A stretch of 64,000 nucleotides of DNA from Ruminococcus sp. (GTDB lineage: Bacteria; Bacillota; Clostridia; Oscillospirales; Ruminococcaceae). Made by a program: the position numbers and the translations under genes. The stretch covers positions 28,931 to 92,930 of the forward strand of contig JAJQIB010000020.1 in assembly GCA_021199375.1 (NCBI GenBank), written 5' to 3'. This document shows positions 1-11,077 of the stretch, piece after piece; position 1 is the first letter of the stretch, and each line of letters begins with the position of its first letter. The notes beneath the pieces are model-generated. The model worked only from the letters and a program-made list of their open reading frames with translations, ran no database searches and was not told the origin of the DNA.

Positions 1-837
1 GAACAGATGAAGAGAACACTTGCAAACGGTGTAAAGGGCGAAGAGCTTAATTTACTTGTGGGATCCAGACCTTTTAAGGATGACAAGGTTTCAAAAAAGG
101 TTAAACTCAATATAATGAGAATACTCAATGAAAAGTATGGCATTACAGAGCACGACTTTGTTTCAGCAGAGCTTGAAATTGTTCCTGCATTTAAAGCACA
201 GGACTTAGGCTTTGACAGAAGCATGATAGGCGGTTACGGTCAAGACGATAGAGTTTGTGCATATCCTGCGCTAATGGCAATTTTGGGATGTGACAAGCCT
301 AAGCACACATGCATGACAATTCTAACCGACAAGGAGGAGACAGGCAGTGATGGAAATACAGGACTAAACAGCTCATATCTCCCCTACTTTATTGACGACC
401 TGGCACAAATGCAAGGACTCAAGGGACATAATGTTATGAGCAAGTCGCTATGCCTTTCGGCAGATGTTAATGCCGCAATAGATCCAACATTTTCAGACGT
501 TACTGAAGCGCGCAATGCTTCTAAGCTTAACTATGGCGTCGTGGTGACAAAATTCACCGGCTCAAGAGGAAAATCCGGAACCTCAGATGCATCGGCTGAG
601 TTTGTTGGTAAAATCAGAAAAATGATGGACGAAGGAGAGGTTATTTGGCAAACAGGTGAGCTAGGAAAGGTTGATGCAGGCGGCGGCGGAACTGTAGCGC
701 AGTATATTGCAAACCTTGATATGGATGTAATTGATGTTGGTGTGCCTGTGCTTTCAATGCACGCACCATTTGAGGTAACATCAAAGCTTGATACCTATAT
801 GGCTTTTAAAGCATTTTCTGTATTCTTTAAGGACTAA
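1..837 (+). CDS. M18 family aminopeptidase (aspartyl aminopeptidase-like), 5' truncated by window edge
   Basis: Motifs GYGQDDRVC, DKEETGS, SADV, GVPVLSMHAP; frame open from the window start. Confidence 0.9.
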   Translation, partial: EQMKRTLANGVKGEELNLLVGSRPFKDDKVSKKVKLNIMRILNEKYGITEHDFVSAELEIVPAFKAQDLGFDRSMIGGYGQDDRVCAYPALMAILGCDKPKHTCMTILTDKEETGSDGNTGLNSSYLPYFIDDLAQMQGLKGHNVMSKSLCLSADVNAAIDPTFSDVTEARNASKLNYGVVVTKFTGSRGKSGTSDASAEFVGKIRKMMDEGEVIWQTGELGKVDAGGGGTVAQYIANLDMDVIDVGVPVLSMHAPFEVTSKLDTYMAFKAFSVFFKD

Positions 838-850
838 ACAAAATATACAT

Positions 851-890
851 TTGCCGAGCAGCTGAAAATTTGCTGCTCGGCAATTTTTTT
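851..890 (+). terminator. Intrinsic terminator after the M18 peptidase
   Basis: ttgccgagcagc / gctgctcggcaa stem followed by a T7 run. Confidence 0.85.
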
Positions 891-921
891 ACAGATTTTC
901 TAACATTCTTTTCAAACGGAT

Positions 922-951
922 GTATAATTTATTATTTTACGTGTCATAATA
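922..951 (+). promoter_or_regulatory. Forespore sigmaG/sigmaF-type promoter candidate
   Basis: GTATA-N18-CATAATA matches the B. subtilis sigmaG consensus GHATA-N18-CATAHTA, upstream of a SpoIIQ-like gene. Confidence 0.4.
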
Positions 952-995
952 TTTCCAAAGAGCTTAGGCTCAAAGGAAAGGATCGGTGTAAATTT

Positions 996-1721
996 ATGAA
1001 ACCAATTAAGGACACAAGGCTTGCACGTTTAATAGGTGGCAAGGGCGCATACATTACGCTTGCGGCTGTTGTACTTGCAGCAGGAGGTGCAGGGGTTGCT
1101 GCTTATTCAAAAGCAGTAAGCACTGCTGAAAATAGCTTTGAGCTTAACCTCTCACAAAGCGACTACTCAAGTGCTCAGGCTGCTGACAAGACACAAGAGG
1201 ATGTAGCAAAGGATGAGGAGAGTGATGCCAATGAGAGCTCTGAAATCAGTGATCAAGAATCAAGCGATGAAGATGCTGAAAGCTCACTTGATACAAAAAC
1301 CTCACCCAATGTTATGCCGGTAAACGGAGAAATACTTTCGCCGTTTAGCAATGGTGAGCTTGTTAAAAGTGAAACACTTGGCGTTTGGAAAACGCATGAC
1401 GGCGTTGATATTGCTGCCGATGTGGGAACTCCAGTAAAGGCAATGAACAAAGGAGAGGTCACAAAGGTAGAAGAGGATCCTCTATGGGGATATACAGTCA
1501 TAATAGATCATGGCAGCGGAATTATGGGATATTACTACAATCTTTCATCATCTGTGGCTGTCGAAGAGGGCGATATTGTGGAGGCTGGTCAGACAATTGG
1601 CGCTGTAGGTGATACAGCAGAAATTGAAGCTGCTATGGCATCACATCTTCACTTTGGTCTTAAGGAAAACGGAGAATGGATAGATCCCGTTGCATATATA
1701 GATCCACTCTATGCTAAATAA
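996..1721 (+). CDS. Membrane-anchored M23 metallopeptidase (SpoIIQ-like)
   Basis: N-terminal TM segment, acidic linker, HDGVD and HLH M23 motifs; ATG 996 follows an aaggaaagga RBS, so the 870 start is unlikely. Confidence 0.8.
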   Translation: MKPIKDTRLARLIGGKGAYITLAAVVLAAGGAGVAAYSKAVSTAENSFELNLSQSDYSSAQAADKTQEDVAKDEESDANESSEISDQESSDEDAESSLDTKTSPNVMPVNGEILSPFSNGELVKSETLGVWKTHDGVDIAADVGTPVKAMNKGEVTKVEEDPLWGYTVIIDHGSGIMGYYYNLSSSVAVEEGDIVEAGQTIGAVGDTAEIEAAMASHLHFGLKENGEWIDPVAYIDPLYAK

Positions 1722-1722
1722 T

Positions 1723-1760
1723 AAAAGAAGGGCTTCCCTATCAAAAAGGAAAGCCCTTTA
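1723..1760. terminator. Bidirectional terminator between convergent M23 and GH13 genes
   Basis: aagggcttcc / ggaaagccctt stem flanked by A and T runs. Confidence 0.75.
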
Positions 1761-1774
1761 TAATATATAACTTA

Positions 1775-3100
1775 TTATTTACATCTCCAGATATGATAGG
1801 ACATCGGTTCTAGCTCACTTCCGCCACCAAAGTCGTGATCTTCGCCTGTAACAAAGTCATCAGCTAATCCGTAGCCTGCATCAAAATGTGCAGTATACGG
1901 TTTATCATCAGCATTTATAGCGATAAACACACGCTCTCCTTCGAAATCACGCTGAAGTATACACTGCTTATTTGTAAGTACAGGGATTTTTATATCTCCA
2001 TAGCAAAGAGCCTTACACTCACGGTGAGCCTTGGCAAGCTTAGATACAAGCTGAGAAATATCGTTTTCCTCGAAGCTGTCAAAGCAGGGACGAAGTGCTG
2101 GATCGCCATCCTTTTTCTCTCCCTTTGCTCCCCATTCGCTTCCGTAATATATGCAAGGAATTCCAGGCATACCAAACAGCATAGTATACACAAGCGGCAA
2201 ATGGTCAGGATTTGTAAGTATGCTTGCAATTCTTGTAACATCGTGATTATCAGCAAAGCATAGAAGATGCATTCCACGGTACTGACACCAGTTTTCAGGA
2301 CCAAAACGGTTCTTAAGTGAATGACAAATTTCAAACATATTCATCGAATTAAAGCTTGAATATAAGCCCTTATAGCACTCGTAATTTGTAGCTGAATGAA
2401 GCATTTCGTCATTAACCCATCTTGAATAATCACCATGGAGCAGTTCACCTACAAGGAAGAAATCATCGCTAAGCGAATCAGTGTAGGACCGCAAACGCTT
2501 TAAAAAGTCAAAATCAAGCGAGTAGGCAACATCAAGACGAATTCCATCAATACCAAAATACTCAATCCAGTACTTAACTGCATCTAAAATGTGTTCTACA
2601 ACAGCAGGATTTTTTAGATTTAACTTGACAAGATCAAAATGTCCCTCCCAGCCTTCATACCAAAGTCCATCGTTATAGTTGCTATTTCCATCAAAATTGA
2701 TAAAAAACCAATCCTTATAAGGACTATTCCACTTATTTTGACAAACATCCTGAAACTGCGGAAAGCCTCTTCCTACATGGTTAAACACACCATCTAAGAC
2801 CACACGAATTCCTTTATCGTGAAGCACATCGCAAACCTGCTTAAAATCCTCGTTGGTGCCAAGACGAGTATCGATTTTCTTAAAATCTCTTGTATTATAA
2901 CCATGTGTATCAGATTCAAATACAGGTGAAAAGTAAACTGCATTACAGCCAAGATCTGCTATATGATCTGCCCATTCAATAACCTTTAAGATACGGTGCT
3001 CAGGAACGCCGTCATTTTCAAATGGTGCTCCGCAAAAGCCAAGCGGGTAAATCTGATAAAAAACACTCTCGTATCCCCAGTTTTTAATATTATTGCTCAT
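1775..3100 (-). CDS. GH13 alpha-amylase family (cyclomaltodextrinase/maltodextrin glucosidase-like)
   Basis: DGVFNH, GIRLDVA, VGELLHG, DNHD conserved regions; ATG 3100 has an aaggaa RBS. Confidence 0.9.
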   Translation of the reverse strand: MSNNIKNWGYESVFYQIYPLGFCGAPFENDGVPEHRILKVIEWADHIADLGCNAVYFSPVFESDTHGYNTRDFKKIDTRLGTNEDFKQVCDVLHDKGIRVVLDGVFNHVGRGFPQFQDVCQNKWNSPYKDWFFINFDGNSNYNDGLWYEGWEGHFDLVKLNLKNPAVVEHILDAVKYWIEYFGIDGIRLDVAYSLDFDFLKRLRSYTDSLSDDFFLVGELLHGDYSRWVNDEMLHSATNYECYKGLYSSFNSMNMFEICHSLKNRFGPENWCQYRGMHLLCFADNHDVTRIASILTNPDHLPLVYTMLFGMPGIPCIYYGSEWGAKGEKKDGDPALRPCFDSFEENDISQLVSKLAKAHRECKALCYGDIKIPVLTNKQCILQRDFEGERVFIAINADDKPYTAHFDAGYGLADDFVTGEDHDFGGGSELEPMSYHIWRCK

Positions 3101-3473
3101 TATTATCAATTCCTTTCGTATGAGGGTTATACCCTGGTGATTAATATAATGATGTATCATTATATATATTATTATACCATACCAAGGGTTTAGATGCAAT
3201 GATAAAAAATGCACCTATATTTTCAACTTCTTTGGAGAAAATGCACAGTTTTTTCTTGCGATTTTCTAAAGCAATAAATTAAAAAGAAAGAAAATCACCA
3301 AATAACGTAATTCAGCCTTCCAGCTTATAAATTTACAAAAGTTCATAATATTATATTTTCGATTATTTTTCATGAAAAATTTAAAATTCCACTTGAAATT
3401 TGTGACTGTTTGTGTTATAATCATAATGGAATATTGTATGTAGAAATACTGTTACAAGGAGCGACATAGATAT

Positions 3474-5382
3474 ATGAATAATCGTAAGACAATCGGAATA
3501 TTGCTTGCTCAGCCTGAAGAAAATTACCAAAATCAATTTCTTCAGGGTGTTACTGAACAAGCCTTTGCACATGACTATGATTGTATGGTATTCGCGGTCG
3601 AGTATAAGGATGTAAAGGATAACACTTCAATTATAGGGTCTGATAATATCTTCGAGCTTGTAAACTTCGATTTACTTGATGCTGTTATAATAGTTCCAGA
3701 CACAATTAAAAATAAGCCCACACTCGAAAGACTTATAGAGAGAATAAAAAGTGAGTTTGATGGTGTTGTTGTATCAGCCGACACCAAAATTGAAGGCTTT
3801 GAAAATATTGACACCGATGATTCAGATGCTATTGAAAAGATTTGTGACCATCTTATTAATGATCATGGCGCAAAGGTTATCGATTTTATGGGAGGTATAC
3901 CGGGACATCCTCACTCGATAAGAAGACAGGAGGGTTATGTTCGTGCTCTCAAGAAGCATGGAATTGAAATTGAGTGCAAGCGAATACATGATGGTGATTT
4001 TTGGTATAACAAAGGCGAGCCCATTGCTGATGAAATCCTTAACTCATCACATCCCTTCCCTGATGCAGTTGTCTGTGCAAGTGATTCTATTTTGTGATGC
4101 TTTTTCGAAGCGCGGCATTAAAACACCAAACAATATTTTGATCACCGGATATGATTCTATAGAAGAAGGAAGGCTTCATAATCCTGCAATTACATCTTCG
4201 AGCTTACCTTCTAAAATTACAGGAATAAAGTGTGTAAATTATATTCTAAAAAAGCTCGAAGGAAAGCCGATAATCAGTGATTTTGATAAGGAAACAATAA
4301 TAAAAGCTCAAAGCTGTGGATGTGAACAGGATAACATAACATATCATAGCAACAATTCAGCATATACTGATTCAAACTATCGTACACCATTTCAAGGATA
4401 TTCAGACATAATGATGAGCAGCTTAATATCAGTAAATGATATGGACGATATGCTTGCAAATATTAACTGGTACACCTACATGATGCAGCCATTCTCTTCA
4501 TATATACTTTGCCTAACTGACGACTGGGTAGGGGCTGGAGATAACGAGGATGACTACCGCAGAAACGGATATTCTGACAAAATTCATTTGCGGCTTATTA
4601 GGCGAGATGAAAATAATGGCAATGTAGAGGATATTGTATTTGATAAGCATGAGCTTTTGCCGAGAAAATACTTTGAACGTCAGCTGCCGTCAATTTATTT
4701 TTTCTATCCTCTGCATTTTCTGGATAGATGCTTTGGATATACGGTAATGGTCTACGAGAATAAAACGACAACTCCAACGCCAGATTATCGTCCATGGACA
4801 CATTTTGTGTCAAATGGACTTGAATGTTTAAGACGCAGACTTCATATTAGAAAAATGTATGATAAACTTAAAAGCATCGCTGACTTAGATAGTCTTACAG
4901 GACTTTACAACAGAAACGCTTTTAATAGTAACGTAGAAGCTATTGCAAAACGCACCAAGAATGAATCCTTTAACGCTTTATTTCTTATGGCAGATCTTAA
5001 CTACCTAAAGACAATAAACGACACATTTGGACACCTAGCTGGAGATATAGCTCTAAGAGCAGTTGCAAAGGCAGTTCAAAGCGTATGTGACGAAAATGAT
5101 CGCAGCTACCGCTTTGGCGGAGATGAGTTTATGATTATTGCTGACGGCACACGCGGAGACGAACGAATTAAAGAAATGAAGGAAGGCATCGAGCATTATC
5201 TCGAAAAGTATAATGAAACCTCGAAGGATCCCTTTATTGTAACAGCGAGTGTGGGTGCAGTTTGCACTACTATAACAGATGCTGAAATGATAGATGATAT
5301 TATACGCACCGCTGATGAGATTATGTATTCGGATAAACAACACAAAAAGCGTAGACTAATAAATCCACTAAAAAAGGTATGA
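3474..5382 (+). pseudogene. LacI-type sugar-binding sensor-GGDEF diguanylate cyclase split by a frameshift near 4090
   Basis: ORF 3474-4097 ends ...VVCASDSIL*; the next frame resumes FCDAFSKRGIKTP...ITGYD (the rest of the PBP1 fold) and then DLNYLKTINDTFGHLAGD and RFGGDEF. Confidence 0.85.
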
Positions 5383-6383
5383 GCAAAAGAAAAATGAGAA
5401 TAAAAGTTATTTTTACAGGAGGCACGATAGGCAGCAAAATTAACGATGGATTTATTCGTCCTAATGGCGCTCCTATGACAATTATTGAAAACTACAAAAA
5501 ACAGTATGACAATGACTGCGAGTTTGAAACGCTTGAACCATTTGAAATATTAAGTGAGGAAATCACCGGAGATTATATGCTTCTACTTGGTCGTTGTGTA
5601 CGACAAGCACTTGACGATTCAGATGCTGTTATAATTACTCATGGCACCGATACCATAGCCTACACCTCAGCATTTTTAGGCTATACCTTTTCTGATGCAA
5701 AAAAGCCTATAATCCTAGTATCATCAGGATATCCGCTTGATGACAAACGATCTAACGGCAATAAAAACTTTACAGCTGCGGTAAGCCTTGCTTATGAACG
5801 AATTGGCGGAGTTTATGCTGTTTGGTGTGATGGAAAGCAAACGCAGGTACACCTTGGCACTAGACTCTTACAGCAAGCTCCTTACAGTGATAAACTAACA
5901 AGCGTTGACAACAGATATTTTGGCACTATTGAGCAAGGCAAATTCTATCCTAATGAATGTGGTCAGGCAGAAAATCATGGCGTTCGGCTGTTTTTAAGTA
6001 ATAATTTGCGAGAACTTAAAACACTTAGCGGATTTGGAAGTGTGCTAGATTTGCCATGTAGACCTAACATGTACTACCCTTCACTAACAAAAGAGGTTTC
6101 AGCAGTGTTACTCGAAAGCTACCATTCAGGTACTCTTTGTGCAGACGAGCGATTTATGTCTTTTATAAATGAAGCTAAACGACTTGACATACCTGTTTTT
6201 ATATCAGGAGCAAATGGACGTGATACAGACTACGAAACGGTAAAAAAATATCGTGAGGCGGGAGTATTTGCACTTCCTGTGGCATCACCTGCAGCCATGT
6301 ATGTAAAGCTTTCACTTATAGCATCAATAGGTGCAGACGCTATAGAGCTTATGAAGCTTTGCTGTGGTGGAGATTATATTTAA
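5379..6383 (+). CDS. ansA: L-asparaginase, type I-like
   Basis: TGGTI and HGTDT catalytic motifs. Confidence 0.85.
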   Translation: MSKRKMRIKVIFTGGTIGSKINDGFIRPNGAPMTIIENYKKQYDNDCEFETLEPFEILSEEITGDYMLLLGRCVRQALDDSDAVIITHGTDTIAYTSAFLGYTFSDAKKPIILVSSGYPLDDKRSNGNKNFTAAVSLAYERIGGVYAVWCDGKQTQVHLGTRLLQQAPYSDKLTSVDNRYFGTIEQGKFYPNECGQAENHGVRLFLSNNLRELKTLSGFGSVLDLPCRPNMYYPSLTKEVSAVLLESYHSGTLCADERFMSFINEAKRLDIPVFISGANGRDTDYETVKKYREAGVFALPVASPAAMYVKLSLIASIGADAIELMKLCCGGDYI

Positions 6384-6404
6384 GACTGGAAAGGGAAAGA
6401 ATAT

Positions 6405-7268
6405 TTGATGATAGAATTTATAAAGGTTATTATACTTGGAATTGTTGAAGGTATAACTGAATGGCTTCCCGTGAGCAGTACGGGACACCTTATACTTGTT
6501 GACGAATTTTTAACTCTTAATGCAAGTGACAGCTTTAAGGAAATGTTTGAGGTTGTGATACAGCTTGGCGCAATCCTTGCTGTAGTTGTTCTTTACTGGT
6601 CTCAAATTTTTCCTTTTGGCAAAAAGAATAATGAAGATCCATTAAGTGATAAAGGATTCGGAGCGTATATAAAAAAAGATATCTTTAGAATGTGGTTTAA
6701 GGTGCTTGTTGCATGCCTTCCGGCAGCAATAATTGGACTGCTATTTGATGACCTGTTTCACGAGCTTTTTTACAACTGGCAAACAGTTGCGGTGATGCTT
6801 ATTCTTTTTGGAATATTCTTTATTATAATCGAAAAATACAACAAAAAGAGAAAGCCTATATTTAACAGTATCGAACAAATGCCATACTGTGTTGCGCTTA
6901 TGATTGGAGCTTTTCAGTTAATAGCAGCTGTTTTTCCGGGAACATCACGTTCAGGTGCAACAATTGTTGGCGCTCTTATTATAGGAGTGTCGAGAGTGGT
7001 GGCAGCTGAGTTCACCTTTTACCTTGCAATACCCGTTATGTTTGGAGCAAGCCTGCTAAAGCTTGTAAAATTCTTTGCCGAAAGCGGCAGCATGACAGGT
7101 ACCGAAGCAGGAATGCTTCTCCTAGGAATGGCAGTTTCGTTTGTAGTATCAATCGTTGTGATTCGTTTCTTGATGAGCTACATAAAAAAGCATGACTTTA
7201 CTATATTCGGATGGTACCGAATTATTTTAGGTGCATTAGTGCTAATATATTTTGGCGTTGTCGCATAA
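6405..7268 (+). CDS. uppP: Undecaprenyl-diphosphate phosphatase
   Basis: GIVEGITEWLPVSSTGHL and PGTSRSG motifs; multi-TM. Confidence 0.95.
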   Translation: MMIEFIKVIILGIVEGITEWLPVSSTGHLILVDEFLTLNASDSFKEMFEVVIQLGAILAVVVLYWSQIFPFGKKNNEDPLSDKGFGAYIKKDIFRMWFKVLVACLPAAIIGLLFDDLFHELFYNWQTVAVMLILFGIFFIIIEKYNKKRKPIFNSIEQMPYCVALMIGAFQLIAAVFPGTSRSGATIVGALIIGVSRVVAAEFTFYLAIPVMFGASLLKLVKFFAESGSMTGTEAGMLLLGMAVSFVVSIVVIRFLMSYIKKHDFTIFGWYRIILGALVLIYFGVVA

Positions 7269-7282
7269 TAACTACATAAATC

Positions 7283-7313
7283 ATCGGTGAGCTAAATGGC
7301 TCACCGATTTTTT
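7283..7313 (+). terminator. Intrinsic terminator after uppP
   Basis: atcggtgagc / gctcaccgat stem plus T run. Confidence 0.85.
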
Positions 7314-7398
7314 ATTTTAAGGATTTGTTAATTTTCATTGTAGTTTACCGTAAGTTTATTATGTGGTGCTATAATTTGCGTTAAAGGAAAGGAGCGAT

Positions 7399-9174
7399 AT
7401 GCTTATGATAAGAATTTACAAAAACATTAAAGGCAGAGATTGGATTTTTGTTGCAATCTGTGTTGTATTCATCGTCTGTCAGGTACAGCTAAATCTAAAG
7501 CTACCTGACTATATGTCGGAAATTACAACACTTGTACAAACTGAGGGCAGCGAGATGAGCGATGTTCTATCGGCAGGTGGTAAAATGCTGCTTTGCGCAC
7601 TCGGATCATTCGCGTCATCTGTAATTGTTGGATTTTTTGCATCAAGAATAGCTGCAGGCTTTTCTATGAATGTTCGAGACAAGGTTTACACCAAAGTAAT
7701 GTCCTTCTCGGATGAGCAGATGAACAAGTTTTCAATCGCAAGCTTGATCACACGTTCAACAAACGACATAACACAGCTTCAGATGTTTACAGCTATGGGA
7801 CTCGAAGTGCTTATAAGTGCGCCAATTACAGCAGTACTTGCCATAATCAAAATCAGCAATAAAAGCTGGCAATGGACACTTCTAACAGGATGCGTAGTCG
7901 CATTTATAGTAATTATTCTTGTTTTTGTTATGGTGTTTGCAATTCCTAGGTTTAGAAAAATTCAGGGTTTAACTGATAGAATAAACCTGGTTACTCGTGA
8001 AAACTTAACTGGACTACTAGTTGTAAGAGCTTACAACGCAGAAGAATATCAGGAAAACAAATTTGATGAAGCAAATCAGAATTTGACAAAAACTCAATTG
8101 CAAGCAAATCTTGCCATGTCTGTGATGAGTCCTGGAATGAATTTGGCTATGAATGGTCTTTCATTAGGAATCTATTGGATAGGAGCTACACTTATAAGTA
8201 ATGTGGCTTTGACAAGTGCTGCGGCTGTTGCTGAAAGAATTGGAATTTTTTCGGACATGGTTGTTTTCGTATCCTATGCTATGCAGGTTGTTATGGCGTT
8301 TATGATGCTTATTATGATCTTTATAATGCTGCCAAGAGTTGCCGTATCAGCAAGACGTATAAATGAAGTTCTTGATACTGACCTTACAATAAAGGATGGA
8401 AAAGCTAGTGATGACAACAAAAATATGGTCGGTGAAATCGAGTTTAAGAATGTATCATTTAGATATACCGGTGAGAGCGGAGATGTAATTAAAAACATCA
8501 CCTTCTCTGCACACAAGGGTGAAACCGTTGCACTTATTGGAGCTACAGGTAGTGGTAAAAGTACAATAATTAGCTTGATTCCACGTACATATGATGCTAC
8601 TGGCGGTGAGGTGCTTGTAGATGGAATAAACGTAAAGGATTATACACAAAAGGCGTTAAGAAAGAAAATAGGCTATGTGCCACAAAAGGCATTTCTTTTC
8701 TCAGGTACCGTTGAAGAAAATATCGGATACGGAGAAGATGAGATTGATAAAGACAACATAAAGAAAGCAATCGAAATTGCACAAGCAAAGGAATTTGTTG
8801 AGACAGAAGATGTGGGATACAACGGATATGTATCACAATCAGGCAGTAACTTCTCTGGCGGACAAAAGCAACGTCTTTCAATCGCTAGAGCAATTGCTAA
8901 AAATCCTGAAATACTCATATTTGACGATTCGTTCTCTGCGCTTGACTATAAGACTGACAGAACCTTACGTACGGCTTTAAAGAACGAAACAAATGATATT
9001 ACCACAATTATAGTAGCACAAAGAATAGGTACTATTAAAGATGCAGACAGAATACTTGTTATAGATGAAGGCGAGATTGTAGGTAATGGTACACATGATG
9101 AGCTTATGCGTAATTGTGACGTCTACAAACAAATTGCGTACTCGCAGCTTTCAAAGGAGGAGTTAGGCATATGA
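7399..9174 (+). CDS. ABC exporter ATP-binding/permease subunit 1 (heterodimeric multidrug type)
   Basis: TMD plus GATGSGKS, FSGGQKQR and a degenerate Walker B (FDDSFS). Confidence 0.93.
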   Translation: MLMIRIYKNIKGRDWIFVAICVVFIVCQVQLNLKLPDYMSEITTLVQTEGSEMSDVLSAGGKMLLCALGSFASSVIVGFFASRIAAGFSMNVRDKVYTKVMSFSDEQMNKFSIASLITRSTNDITQLQMFTAMGLEVLISAPITAVLAIIKISNKSWQWTLLTGCVVAFIVIILVFVMVFAIPRFRKIQGLTDRINLVTRENLTGLLVVRAYNAEEYQENKFDEANQNLTKTQLQANLAMSVMSPGMNLAMNGLSLGIYWIGATLISNVALTSAAAVAERIGIFSDMVVFVSYAMQVVMAFMMLIMIFIMLPRVAVSARRINEVLDTDLTIKDGKASDDNKNMVGEIEFKNVSFRYTGESGDVIKNITFSAHKGETVALIGATGSGKSTIISLIPRTYDATGGEVLVDGINVKDYTQKALRKKIGYVPQKAFLFSGTVEENIGYGEDEIDKDNIKKAIEIAQAKEFVETEDVGYNGYVSQSGSNFSGGQKQRLSIARAIAKNPEILIFDDSFSALDYKTDRTLRTALKNETNDITTIIVAQRIGTIKDADRILVIDEGEIVGNGTHDELMRNCDVYKQIAYSQLSKEELGI

Positions 9175-11006
9175 GTGAAAATACAAATAATGTAAGAGCC
9201 ACAAATAGACCTCCTATGGGAGGAAGAGGTCCGGCAAGAGGTATGGGTGCTGGAGAAAAGCCTAAAAATTTTCGGACATCAATTTTAAAGCTTGTAAACT
9301 ACGCTAAACCATTTTGGACAGTTGTTATAATCGCGATAATAACAGAAATGTTAAGCGTTGTTACAAGACTTATAGGCCCAAACAGACTGAGCGATATTAC
9401 AGACCTTATTTCTGAGGGACTAACAGGAGAGATAGATCTAGATGAGATTGTCTCAATTTGTTGGTTCCTGGTAGTCCTCTATATTGCAGGAACACTACTT
9501 AACTACTGTACCGGACTCATAATGACAATTGTTACACAAAGAATGAACAAAAGCCTTAGAAGTGACATTAGTATAAAAATAAACAAGCTTCCGGTATCCT
9601 ACTATCAGACAACATCAACAGGCGATGTTCTTTCGAGAGTAACGAACGATGTTGATATGATAGGACAAACAATGCAAAACAGTGTTTCGTCACTTGTTTC
9701 AGCTGTTACAATGTTTATAGGCGCAGTTGTAATGATGTTCTATACAAACTGGATTATGGCACTTACAGCAGTAGCTGCTTCACTGATTGGATTTGTTTTT
9801 ATGATGCTAATTATGAGCAGATCTCAAAAATACTTTAGCGCTCGTCAAAAATGGTTGGGCGAAATGAACGGGCATATTGAAGAAATATACACAGGTCATA
9901 ACGTAGTTAAGCTATTTTGCAGTGAGGATAAGGAAAAGAAAACCTTTGATTATCTAAATCAAAAAATGTATGATAGCAACTGGAAATCACAGTTTTTATC
10001 AGGACTTATGAGACCGCTTATGAGCTTTGTCGGAAACTTTGGATATGTAGCTGTTTGCGTAGTAGGTGCAATGCTTGCAATAAATGGAAACATCACTTTC
10101 GGTGTAATTGTAGCATTTATGGTATATGTAAGACTCTTTACCACTCCCCTTTCGCAATTAGCACAGGCTGCAACAAACCTTCAATCTACAGCAGCTGCTG
10201 CGGAAAGAGTATTTGAATTCTTAGAGGCACAGGAAATGGAAGATGAAGCTTCAAAGAATGCACAGCCGAGTGAGGTCAAGGGCGAGATCGAATTTAAGAA
10301 CGTTAAGTTTGGATATACAAAGGATAAAATCATCATTCACGACTTTAGCAAGAAAATACTTCCCGGTCAAAGTGTTGCTATTGTAGGTCCTACAGGTGCA
10401 GGTAAAACTACTATGGTAAATCTGCTTATGAAGTTCTATGAACCTAACAGTGGTGAGATAATCATTGATGGAGTGCCTACATCACAGATGAAGCGTGAAA
10501 CAGTACATGATATGTTCGGTATGGTTTTACAAGACACATGGCTATTTGAGGGTACGGTACGTGAAAATCTAACCTACGGAAAAGAAAATGTAACAGATGC
10601 ACAGCTCGATGAAGCTTGCAAGGCTGTGGGACTATACCACTTCGTTAAGACACTGCCAAAAGGATATGACACGCTTATAGATGACAAGCTAAATCTTTCT
10701 ATTGGTCAAAAGCAGCTTATGACTATTGCAAGAGCTATGGTTGAAAATGCGCCAATGCTCATACTTGATGAAGCAACATCATCGGTTGATACACGTACAG
10801 AGGTATTGATTCAAAAAGCTATGGATAAGCTAACGGAAGGCAGAACCTCATTTGTTATCGCTCACAGACTTTCGACAATTAAGAATGCGGATGTTATTTT
10901 GGTTATGCAGCATGGCGATATTGTTGAAAGCGGAACACATGATGAGCTGCTGGAAAAGAACGGCTTTTATGCTCAGCTTTATAACAGTCAATTTGATGTA
11001 GCATAA
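9171..11006 (+). CDS. ABC exporter ATP-binding/permease subunit 2
   Basis: GPTGAGKT, LSIGQKQ, ILDEATSS; 4-nt overlap with subunit 1. Confidence 0.93.
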   Translation: MSENTNNVRATNRPPMGGRGPARGMGAGEKPKNFRTSILKLVNYAKPFWTVVIIAIITEMLSVVTRLIGPNRLSDITDLISEGLTGEIDLDEIVSICWFLVVLYIAGTLLNYCTGLIMTIVTQRMNKSLRSDISIKINKLPVSYYQTTSTGDVLSRVTNDVDMIGQTMQNSVSSLVSAVTMFIGAVVMMFYTNWIMALTAVAASLIGFVFMMLIMSRSQKYFSARQKWLGEMNGHIEEIYTGHNVVKLFCSEDKEKKTFDYLNQKMYDSNWKSQFLSGLMRPLMSFVGNFGYVAVCVVGAMLAINGNITFGVIVAFMVYVRLFTTPLSQLAQAATNLQSTAAAAERVFEFLEAQEMEDEASKNAQPSEVKGEIEFKNVKFGYTKDKIIIHDFSKKILPGQSVAIVGPTGAGKTTMVNLLMKFYEPNSGEIIIDGVPTSQMKRETVHDMFGMVLQDTWLFEGTVRENLTYGKENVTDAQLDEACKAVGLYHFVKTLPKGYDTLIDDKLNLSIGQKQLMTIARAMVENAPMLILDEATSSVDTRTEVLIQKAMDKLTEGRTSFVIAHRLSTIKNADVILVMQHGDIVESGTHDELLEKNGFYAQLYNSQFDVA

Positions 11007-11019
11007 ATATCAAAATAGC

Positions 11020-11053
11020 AAAATCCTCCTTGTGCTTACAGGGAGGATTTTTT
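11020..11053. terminator. Bidirectional terminator
   Basis: aaaatcctcc / ggaggatttt stem between convergent genes. Confidence 0.8.
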
Positions 11054-11077
11054 ATATGTAGTAAGATGTTTTTATTC

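Noticed and set aside
870-995. Extended N-termini from the ORF track (also 3214, 14067, 27739, 33991, 36649, 39040, 51980)
   Set aside because: They run through terminators or promoters; internal ATGs with clear RBSs are better starts.
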